Source of the DNA: a virus
Direction: 5' to 3' (one strand)
DNA length: 41,151 bases
IMG/VR virus record: IMGVR_UViG_3300045136_000406
The stretch's first letter is position 1; every line of letters starts with the position of its first letter. A program made the translations under genes and the position numbers. The notes beneath the pieces are model-generated. The model was not told the origin of the DNA, made no database searches, and saw only the letters and a list, made by a program, of their open reading frames with translations. This document shows positions 23,698 to 30,989 of this stretch, piece after piece.

Positions 23698-24123
23698 CTA
23701 GCCCTCCGTCACGGCTCCCGAGGGGCTCAGCACCACCTCGTACTCGGTCAATTTCCCGACCGACGGCAGCCGCCGGTACGATTTGATCCAGACCTCGACC
23801 TGGGTGTATTTGCTGTTGCCCCAGGTCACCTTGAGCGTGCGGGTGCCCGCGCCGCTCGAGCCCGTATTGCCAACGTCGTTGAACATGACGTTCGGGCCCG
23901 TCGTGGCCGTGTCGTCGTACTGGCCCTTGATCGTAATGTCGTTGGCCTTGCGCAGGCCGCTGAACAGCTGCTCGACCCAGGAATCGCCGAACGCGTGGCC
24001 GTCCTCGACCATCGCCTCGACGTCGAAGCCGTTGAACTCGCGGATGTAGTTGCTCATGTCCACCAGGCTGCCGCTGCTGTCATCCACCTGGATCTCGACA
24101 TTCGCGCTCGAGTATTTGGCCAA
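23698..24123 (-). CDS. Major tail (tube) protein, short paralogue (141 aa, TTG start)
   Basis: Track ORF, SD GGAGGGAGAG. Shares MxKxSSA..., AFGDSWVEQ..SGLRK, KGQYDD and GKL blocks with 24166..24903. Confidence 0.55.
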   Translation of the reverse strand: MAKYSSANVEIQVDDSSGSLVDMSNYIREFNGFDVEAMVEDGHAFGDSWVEQLFSGLRKANDITIKGQYDDTATTGPNVMFNDVGNTGSSGAGTRTLKVTWGNSKYTQVEVWIKSYRRLPSVGKLTEYEVVLSPSGAVTEG

Positions 24124-24165
24124 CTCTCCCTCCCCGCCGCCGCGGCGATGCCGCGCGGAATCACC

Positions 24166-24903
24166 CTAGTTGCGCACGAGCCCCACGAGAAACGTTGCCG
24201 ACTGGCCGCTGCCCGCTCCCTCGAACGTCCAGGCGACGGCCGCGTAGCGGCGGATGGTGCCGCTTCTCGCCACGCGCTGGGCGGCGGGGGCGCTGCTGAC
24301 CGCCGCGAACGCCTGGAGGTCCGCGTAGGTCACGTCGTCGGCCGAGTCCTGCACCGTGACCAGGAGGTCGTCGAACCCGCCCAGCGTCAGCGCGCTCACC
24401 TGGAGGTAGACCGCCCCGCCCGCCGTGGTCTGCGCCGCGTTGTCCACCGAGGTGGCGGTCGTGTCGCCATCCGCGGTCTCGGCCGCGTGGGCATGCAGGA
24501 CCACGCCCTCCTCCACCTGGCCCGAGCCGACATAGCTGGCGTTGGCGCGGTGCAGTTTCCCGAGCGCCGCGATCCGCTCGTACCTGGTCTCCAGCGCGCC
24601 CGCGTAGCCGATGAAATGCCGTCCGACCGTGTTCTGCTCCAGGCCGTACACCAGCACGCGGGAGACGCCCGTGTTGGCCGCCAGCGCGTCGTTGACGCTA
24701 TCGGTCGCGTCGTCGTAGAAGCCCTTCTGACTGATGGTGCCCTTGCGCAGGCCCGCGTAGGCCTGTTCGGTCCAGGCGTCCCCGAAGGCGGTCGTATCGT
24801 CGAACAGCGCCTCGACGGTGTCCTCGAGGTCGGTGGAGACGCCGAGCAGGTCGTAGCCGTCGACCAGCAGGCACCCGATGTCGGCGCTACTCCGCTTGCT
24901 CAT
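24166..24903 (-). CDS. Major tail (tube) protein paralogue with C-terminal extension (245 aa)
   Basis: Track ORF. AFGDAWTEQAYAGLRKGTISQKGFYDD aligns with the downstream paralogue. Confidence 0.5.
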   Translation of the reverse strand: MSKRSSADIGCLLVDGYDLLGVSTDLEDTVEALFDDTTAFGDAWTEQAYAGLRKGTISQKGFYDDATDSVNDALAANTGVSRVLVYGLEQNTVGRHFIGYAGALETRYERIAALGKLHRANASYVGSGQVEEGVVLHAHAAETADGDTTATSVDNAAQTTAGGAVYLQVSALTLGGFDDLLVTVQDSADDVTYADLQAFAAVSSAPAAQRVARSGTIRRYAAVAWTFEGAGSGQSATFLVGLVRN

Positions 24904-25108
24904 GCTCCTCCTCCACCACCGCCTCGATCAGCCCGTCGCCCAGCAGCCAGGGCAGGCTCGTCGCGGGCAGGTCGTCGACCACGGCGCCCGCCTCGACATG
25001 CCGCATGCGGCGCTCGCCGAGCGGCACGTCCTCGCCCGCCGCCAGCCGCGCCAGCACGGCGGGGTCGGTCGGGTAGCTGAGACCGACGAGCGCGCGGTAG
25101 CGGCTCAC
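24887..25108 (-). CDS. Hypothetical head-tail module protein (73 aa)
   Basis: GTG at 25108 (residue 24 of the track ORF), GTGA overlap. Confidence 0.4.
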   Translation of the reverse strand: MSRYRALVGLSYPTDPAVLARLAAGEDVPLGERRMRHVEAGAVVDDLPATSLPWLLGDGLIEAVVEEEHEQAE

Positions 25109-25521
25109 CCGGCGTCCACGTCCACGTCCAGGATCGCGCCCAGCACCTCGACCCCCGATATCAGCTCCGATCCCCATTGCCGCGCCCTCCGCACCCAGGT
25201 GCCGTTGGCCAATCCGCCGAGCGTGCGGTCCCCCAGGATCGCGGCGGGCACGCTGGCCGACCCGCTCGGGCTCAAGTAGCCGTCGAGCGCGTCCTGCGCG
25301 CTCCGCAGGTCCCCGAGCCCCACCGCCACGTGAACCTCGAAGTGGTAGAGCGCCTGGGTGCTCGGCCCCAGAACCTCCTCGAACTCCACCATCGGGTCCG
25401 CCGGGCGCACGAGCGCCGCGGGCGGCATCAGCGGGCTGGGCCAGGTGTCGTAGGCGCGCAGGCCGCTCACGGTGGCGATCCTGGTCTGGAGCGCGTCGCG
25501 CAGCGCGGCGATGCTAGCCAC
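25105..25521 (-). CDS. Tail completion/terminator-like protein (138 aa)
   Basis: Track ORF; called on position and size only. Confidence 0.4.
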   Translation of the reverse strand: MASIAALRDALQTRIATVSGLRAYDTWPSPLMPPAALVRPADPMVEFEEVLGPSTQALYHFEVHVAVGLGDLRSAQDALDGYLSPSGSASVPAAILGDRTLGGLANGTWVRRARQWGSELISGVEVLGAILDVDVDAG

Positions 25522-25921
25522 GCCAGCTCCCCTCGACGCGCTGGGCGAGCTCCTCCAGCGCCGAGCGCATCGCGCCCATCACCGACTGGATCGCGTTCCG
25601 CAGCCAGAACTGGTGCCCCATGCGGGCGTCGTACTCCTGCCGCCGCGGGTAGGGAAATGGGCGACCGCGGTAGGGGCGCGGGCTCACCGCGGTCGTGTGG
25701 ATCACGGCGAGCGTGGGCGTCGGGCTGCCGCGGACCTTGCTGGTGAGGAGCCTGCGGGTCGCCCCGGTGCGCACCGGGGCCGCGGCCCGGCCAGCATCGC
25801 GCCCCATGCGCACGATCTGGGCGAAGCCGCGCCGAAAGTCCCTGCGGTAGAGCCGCTCCGCCTGCAGCTTTGCCGCCAGCGCCTCCAGGCCCTGCATCCG
25901 CACCTCGAGCCGCCCGAGCAT
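25514..25921 (-). CDS. HK97 gp10-like head-tail joining protein
   Basis: 135-aa track ORF. ...AAAPVRTGATRRLLTSKV resembles the gp10-family aPv-TG-L motif. Confidence 0.45.
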   Translation of the reverse strand: MLGRLEVRMQGLEALAAKLQAERLYRRDFRRGFAQIVRMGRDAGRAAAPVRTGATRRLLTSKVRGSPTPTLAVIHTTAVSPRPYRGRPFPYPRRQEYDARMGHQFWLRNAIQSVMGAMRSALEELAQRVEGSWRG

Positions 25922-26733
25922 CAGGCCAGCACCGCCCGCCTGAATGGAGCCAGCAACACCCGCACGTCGGGGTCCAGCGCTGCCGAGACGCGCATGGGCG
26001 CCATCGACGGCGACTCGATCACCCCGAGCGGGGCGAGCCGCCGCTGGAGGAGCCGCGCCCCCTGGAGCAGCGCCGCGCGGCTGATCACCGGGTATGTCTG
26101 CCGCTGGAGGCTGGCCCCGTTGGCATGCGTCGCGGCGGTCGTGCCGTTGGCGCCGCGCGTCACGGTGAGCGTGTTCGCCGCGACGTCGGAGACGAACATG
26201 GCCTCCGAGTCGATCCAGAGCGTCTGGCCGACCGCGACCGCCGTCCCGTCCGCCACGTCCATCGCCGTCTCGCTGTCGTCCAGGTCCTCCGCCAGGGTGG
26301 TCCCCACCGTCTCGCGCACGTCGTAGTAGCCCCAGGTGCCGGCGATCTCGACGGCGCGCGGCCCGCTCCAGAAGGCGAGGCTGGTGAGCGGGCGAATCTC
26401 CAGCCGCGTGTACGGCGCCGGCGGCGATTCCTGCGCCGCGTTGAACGGCAGCAGGTCATAGGAGGAGGAGTCGAGCGCCGTCTCGTAGACCCGATCCCAA
26501 TCCAGGTCGAGCGTGACCGCCGAGACGCTGAGCAGGTCGTCCACCAGAAGCCGCTGGGAGCTGATCGGGCTGTAGTGGCGGGTCGCCACGACGGGCCAGA
26601 ACTGCCGCGCGCAGTACAGGTCGATCTGGCGGCTCACCGCCTCGAGCACCGCGTCCACCTCGGCATCAAGCAGCGCGTCCGAGACGTTCACGCTGCTCTT
26701 GAGGTCGTCCCGCGTGACGTACCAGTTCGCCAT
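25921..26733 (-). CDS. Head-tail connector/adaptor (gp6-like N-terminus) with a long C-terminal extension
   Basis: ATG at 26733 (last 270 aa of the 373-aa track ORF). MANWYVTRDDLKSSVNVSDALLDAEVDAVLEAVSRQIDLYCARQF. Confidence 0.45.
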   Translation of the reverse strand: MANWYVTRDDLKSSVNVSDALLDAEVDAVLEAVSRQIDLYCARQFWPVVATRHYSPISSQRLLVDDLLSVSAVTLDLDWDRVYETALDSSSYDLLPFNAAQESPPAPYTRLEIRPLTSLAFWSGPRAVEIAGTWGYYDVRETVGTTLAEDLDDSETAMDVADGTAVAVGQTLWIDSEAMFVSDVAANTLTVTRGANGTTAATHANGASLQRQTYPVISRAALLQGARLLQRRLAPLGVIESPSMAPMRVSAALDPDVRVLLAPFRRAVLA

Positions 26734-26735
26734 CG

Positions 26736-27104
26736 CTAGCGCAGGTAGAGGATGGTCTTGCCACCCTTCGCGTTGCCAGCGTTGGTGACGTGCAGGGTCA
26801 GGGCGCTGGCCACGACTGCCCCCAGGCCGTCGATGGTGGTTTTGGTCGTGATGCCGCTCTGCGAGATGTTGGCGCCGAGCCCGCTCAGCACATCCGCGCC
26901 ATCGGAGTCGAGCACCGTCACGTCGTAGGCGTCCGACGGCTGGGTGCCGCCCGAGTCGGGAATCTGGACCGCGCGCACCAGCTCGCCCGTGAGCACGGCG
27001 GTAGTCGCGCCGTCCGCGGCCCCGCCCGCCGAGCTCAGCCACGTGAAGGTGATCTTCCTGACGGTGTCGTAGAGAATCTCGGTCGTGGTGACGGTGCCCG
27101 CCAT
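26736..27104 (-). CDS. Hypothetical virion-module protein (122 aa)
   Basis: ATG at 27104 (last 122 aa of the 407-aa track ORF); normal composition. Confidence 0.5.
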   Translation of the reverse strand: MAGTVTTTEILYDTVRKITFTWLSSAGGAADGATTAVLTGELVRAVQIPDSGGTQPSDAYDVTVLDSDGADVLSGLGANISQSGITTKTTIDGLGAVVASALTLHVTNAGNAKGGKTILYLR

Positions 27105-27106
27105 CG

Positions 27107-27649
27107 CTAGCTGACCCGCACCGCGAGCACGTACACCTGGGCGTTGACCGCGGAGGCGCCCGCCACGCGCAGCGTGCCCGCCGCCGCGATCTCGTGCGCC
27201 GCGTCGTCGATGCTCGCAGCCCGCACCAGAACCTTGTCCGCGACGTTGAGGTCCATCGCGTCGGTGATGGCGGTCGCGCCGTTCGAGACGGTCACGGTGT
27301 CGCCCGCGCCGCCCGCCGCGGTCGCGATGCACCAGGCGTCGATCACGCGCACCTTCGCGTCCATGATCACGTCCACGTTGCCCGTCAGGGCGGCGGCGGC
27401 GACCCGGAACAGCAGCGGGATGCCTCCCGTCGTGTTGACGTCGGCGACCACCGCGACGTTGGCGCCGTCCTGGTTGTCGGCCGCGAGCGTGGTGCTGTCC
27501 ACCGCCACGCCCGCCACGTCCAGCTCCGAGCCGGTCGGGAGCACCAGCTTGCGGTTGGTGCCGTCCACGTGGAGGATCTCGTTGCCCGCGAGGTCGTAGA
27601 AATACAGGTCGCCGCCGATCCACCTGCTGCGCACGTTGGTGACTGGCAT
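27107..27649 (-). CDS. Hypothetical virion-module protein (180 aa)
   Basis: Second ATG of the track ORF, preceded by GGAGG 5 nt upstream. Ala/Val/Asp-rich beta-type sequence. Confidence 0.5.
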   Translation of the reverse strand: MPVTNVRSRWIGGDLYFYDLAGNEILHVDGTNRKLVLPTGSELDVAGVAVDSTTLAADNQDGANVAVVADVNTTGGIPLLFRVAAAALTGNVDVIMDAKVRVIDAWCIATAAGGAGDTVTVSNGATAITDAMDLNVADKVLVRAASIDDAAHEIAAAGTLRVAGASAVNAQVYVLAVRVS

Positions 27650-27715
27650 GTGTGCCTCCATACGCCGGGGGCGGGCCGATCGGCCCGCCCCCGCGTTCTC
27701 GCGGTGGTTCCGCGA

Positions 27716-28231
27716 CTAGTCGACGATCGCGCTCTTCATGTTCTCCGGCGCGTCCGGGAACCGCGCGCCGTAGAGCAGATAGTAGCAGGCGCCGAGCTGG
27801 GCGTTGCCGCCCACGTCGGCCACGCTCGCCTGGAGGCAGCAGAATCCGTTCTCGACGTCGAGCATGCTGGCGGGAACGTCGATCGCCCAGAGCGCCTCCT
27901 GCTCGGCCGCGGTGGCGTTGGTGTAGGACGTGGCCGCCGCCTGCGTGACCGCGGTCCACTGGCCCGTGGACAGCAGGTTGGTCGCCGCCTGCTTGGTATA
28001 GACCTGCGTGAAAGCCAAGTCCTTCGCGTCGCTCCCCGCCACCACCGTGGCCTGCTGGAGCTTGAGGGTCGGGTCGTCGCCCGCGGTGCCGATCGCGCTG
28101 TGGAACAGCACCAGGCAGCCGGCATAGCCCTTCAGCGACACCCAGTCGCCGTTGTTGTCGGCGGTCTGGAGATCGACAGGGCGGAAGGCGGGCACGATCT
28201 GGATCTGCGAGAGCAGCCCCAGGATGGTCAT
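27716..28231 (-). CDS. Hypothetical capsid-associated protein (171 aa; decoration/cement position)
   Basis: Track ORF, SD AAGGGGGA; immediately downstream of the major capsid gene. Confidence 0.5.
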   Translation of the reverse strand: MTILGLLSQIQIVPAFRPVDLQTADNNGDWVSLKGYAGCLVLFHSAIGTAGDDPTLKLQQATVVAGSDAKDLAFTQVYTKQAATNLLSTGQWTAVTQAAATSYTNATAAEQEALWAIDVPASMLDVENGFCCLQASVADVGGNAQLGACYYLLYGARFPDAPENMKSAIVD

Positions 28232-28253
28232 GGGAATCCCCCTTTCTGCGGCC

Positions 28254-29732
28254 CTAGGCCCGCGTTGCGAGCGTGACGAACGGCGAGAGGGTGTTCGACC
28301 CCTTGTAGGGCGTCACCGCCGATTCGAGCTTGGGCTGGCCGTCCACCCGGTACGTGGCGCGGAAGGCGGTCTCGTCCGTGGTGAACGCGACGTGGATCGA
28401 GCTCGCCTGCTCGGGGCCGCGCTCGATGAGCGCGTAGTCGTCGAAGTCCGCCAGGATGATGTCGCCCACCGTCCCCAGCGTGGCGCAGTACTCGATGGGC
28501 ACGACCGGGCGACCCTTGATGCGGAGGATGCCATCCTGGCCGTAGGAGACGAAGCGGGGCTCCAGGCCAGCCGTGCCCGCGGGCAGGAACAGCTCGTCGA
28601 GCTGAGGCTGGCAGTCCACGTTGATGTACCACTGGGCCGTCGCCTGCGAGCCGGCGTCCAGCCGCGCCCACATTTTGCTGAGGTTGCTGGCGACAATGGT
28701 CGCCGCCGCCTGCCCCGTCTCCTTCGAGACGCTGACGGTGGCGGCGGCATTGAGAATGCCGAGCGGCTGGCCGGCCCCCGTGCCGCGGATGATGGCGTCC
28801 TCGGTCAGGAACAGGAGCTCCTCCGCGAACGCCTTGGTCATGACCGCCTCGAGCGCGACCGCATCGTTGAGCAGCTCGTCGGAGGCATAGCCGAGCGCGA
28901 TGAGCTTGCGGAGCAGCATCGCGACGCGGCGGAACTTCGGCCGGGTGGCCGTGCCGGCCCCGCCCTCGTCGGCCCAGTAGCCCTGCACCCCGCCCCAGCG
29001 GCTGCCCGTGGCGCGGCTCGTCTCCTTGATCGCGGTGAGCGTCAGACCGTTGCTATTCGGCCCGAGCGGAATCTTGTCCACCTGCGACATGATGCGGCCC
29101 ATCTGGTGCATCAGCATCACGATGGCGGTGTTGACCTCCTGCTGGACGAGGAACCCGCCGTCGGCCGGAGTGTTCTCGCCCGCGCCCTGGGCCGCGGCGG
29201 TGTAGTTGAGCCGCGGGTCGTGGGACATGCCCATGCGGCTCTTGGCGACCGCCACGAGGAACTCGCCGAATGGGGCGCCCGTGTCGGAGCCCCACGGCTT
29301 GAGTGCCGCCAGGGGCCGCCCGTTCTCCACCCGGCCCCACGCGTCGTCAGAGACGACGGGGATCAGGCGCGGGAACGAGGCCGCGTGGCTCCCGATGCGG
29401 ATCGTCGTCTGGGCGACCGGGTTGCCGCTCGCATCCACCACGCCCGCCGCGGTGCGGCGCACCTCGGGGCCGTAGCCCGCCGCCCCGTGGACGTGGGCGT
29501 TGGCGGTCAGGTCCACCCCGCCCGCCTGGACCGTGCGCAGCCGCTCCCGCCGCTGCTCCTCGCGCGCCAGGTCCGCGCTGATCTCCGCCAGCCGCGCGTT
29601 GATCGCGTCGTCCCGCGCCCGCTCGTCGGCGCTCAGGGATCGCCCCTCCCGCTCCGAGGCGCCGAGGATCCGCTCGCCCTCGGCCACCAGGTCCGCGCGC
29701 TCCTGGAGGAGCGCCTGCCACCGTCCGGACAT
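28254..29732 (-). CDS. Major capsid protein, HK97 fold, with N-terminal coiled-coil delta/scaffold domain
   Basis: 492-aa track ORF. Charged helical N-terminus of about 70 aa, then capsid-like core. Follows the protease gene. Confidence 0.8.
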   Translation of the reverse strand: MSGRWQALLQERADLVAEGERILGASEREGRSLSADERARDDAINARLAEISADLAREEQRRERLRTVQAGGVDLTANAHVHGAAGYGPEVRRTAAGVVDASGNPVAQTTIRIGSHAASFPRLIPVVSDDAWGRVENGRPLAALKPWGSDTGAPFGEFLVAVAKSRMGMSHDPRLNYTAAAQGAGENTPADGGFLVQQEVNTAIVMLMHQMGRIMSQVDKIPLGPNSNGLTLTAIKETSRATGSRWGGVQGYWADEGGAGTATRPKFRRVAMLLRKLIALGYASDELLNDAVALEAVMTKAFAEELLFLTEDAIIRGTGAGQPLGILNAAATVSVSKETGQAAATIVASNLSKMWARLDAGSQATAQWYINVDCQPQLDELFLPAGTAGLEPRFVSYGQDGILRIKGRPVVPIEYCATLGTVGDIILADFDDYALIERGPEQASSIHVAFTTDETAFRATYRVDGQPKLESAVTPYKGSNTLSPFVTLATRA

Positions 29733-29849
29733 CTCCCTCTCCTCGGGATCGCAGCGCGAGCCGTCGCGCTGGAGCCCCTCCTCGCCGCTCCTGGCGGCGC
29801 TCCGTGCCGAGGGACGCCCACGAGGCCCGCGCCTCGTTGGAGTCCCACG

Positions 29850-29877
29850 AAAAAGCCCGCCCCCGATTGGGCGGGCT
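29850..29877 (-). terminator. Intrinsic terminator (9-bp GC stem, 6-nt loop, T-run) between the protease and capsid genes
   Basis: Minus strand AGCCCGCCC-AATCGG-GGGCGGGCT-TTTT, 24 nt after the protease stop. Confidence 0.6.
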
Positions 29878-29900
29878 GCCGAGGCCTGAGGCTGGGGCGC

Positions 29901-30989
29901 CTAGCGCGCTGCGAGCGCCCCCTGGCGAGCCAGCCGCCGCCGCCGCCATTCCAGATCCGCCGCCACGGCGGGGTCCTCCGCCGCCACGCTCGGCGGCTCC
30001 GTCTCAGCGGCCCGCTCCTCGCCCGCGTCGCCCGGAGCGGCCTCGATCGGGGCGATCTGCGCGGGCAGGAGGTACGGCGCGTCGTCCTCGGCCGCCTGGG
30101 CGCGGCGCCGCGGTCGGCGGTAGCCGCCCGATTGCATCCTCGCGAGCGTCTCGGCGAATGTGCCGATCCGATCGGCCATGCCCTGCGCCACCGCCGCCTG
30201 CGCCCCCACCAGCCGCCCCTCGCCCATCCCGGTCCGCACCGCCGCGTTCGGCACCCCGCGCCCCCCGGCAACCGCCCCGACGAACATGCCGTAGTAGCGG
30301 TCCACCTCGCGCTGGAGCTGCTCGCGGGCCTCGGCCGACAGCGGGAACTCCGAGGCCCCCTCGGCCTTGAATTTGCCCGCGGTCACGAACGTGGTCACGA
30401 TGCCCCGCTGCGCCAGCGCCCCGGAGAGGTCGTCATGCGCGGCGATCACGCCGATCGAGCCCACCAGCCCGCTCGGGGTGACCACGAGCTCGTCGGCCTG
30501 GCTCGCCAGCCAGTATGCGGCCGAGGCCGCCATCGAGTCGGCGACCGCCACGATCGGCTTGCCCTGGCCGCGCGCCGCCGCGATCTCGGCCGCCAGCTCG
30601 GGCACGCCGAACACGCTGCCGCCGGGGCTGTCCACCTGCAGCAGGACGCTGGAGACGCTCGGGTCGGCCAGCGCCGAGCGGAGCTGCTGGGCGAGCCCGT
30701 CGAGGCCCTGGAGGCCGCTCGACTCGCCGATCGCGCCGGTCCGCTGGACGAGCGTGCCCATGATCGGGATCACCGCGACGCTCCCCTGGCGGCTCACCTC
30801 GCCCCGCCGCGCGGCGCCGACCAGCGTCTGCACCTCGTCGGCCGAGACGCGCCCGCCCGCGGCCCGTAGCGCCATCAGGTCGCAGATGGCGGCGAGCTTC
30901 TCCGGCAGGATCGCCCAGGGGGCGGAGCTGAGCGCGCGCAGAATGCGCGGGTACAGCACGACGCCCCCCACCGCCAGATCCTCAGCCAT
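29901..30989 (-). CDS. Prohead protease, S49 (SppA/ClpP-like) family
   Basis: 362-aa track ORF. LQVDSPGGSV, ADSMAASAAYWLASQAD, GSIGV blocks typical of S49 peptidases. Confidence 0.8.
   Translation of the reverse strand: MAEDLAVGGVVLYPRILRALSSAPWAILPEKLAAICDLMALRAAGGRVSADEVQTLVGAARRGEVSRQGSVAVIPIMGTLVQRTGAIGESSGLQGLDGLAQQLRSALADPSVSSVLLQVDSPGGSVFGVPELAAEIAAARGQGKPIVAVADSMAASAAYWLASQADELVVTPSGLVGSIGVIAAHDDLSGALAQRGIVTTFVTAGKFKAEGASEFPLSAEAREQLQREVDRYYGMFVGAVAGGRGVPNAAVRTGMGEGRLVGAQAAVAQGMADRIGTFAETLARMQSGGYRRPRRRAQAAEDDAPYLLPAQIAPIEAAPGDAGEERAAETEPPSVAAEDPAVAADLEWRRRRLARQGALAAR

Noticed and set aside
28152-30869. 905-aa plus-strand ORF over the capsid and protease genes. Similar long antisense or off-frame ORFs include 4100..5653, 10219..11661 (5' part), 14302..15591, 18671..20212, 23671..25080, 33951..35072, 36736..38148 and 39098..41017.
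   Set aside because: Arg/Ala/Pro/Gly-dominated sequences with no motifs, lying opposite or out of frame to genes with clear family signatures. Absence of stop codons is expected at this GC content.
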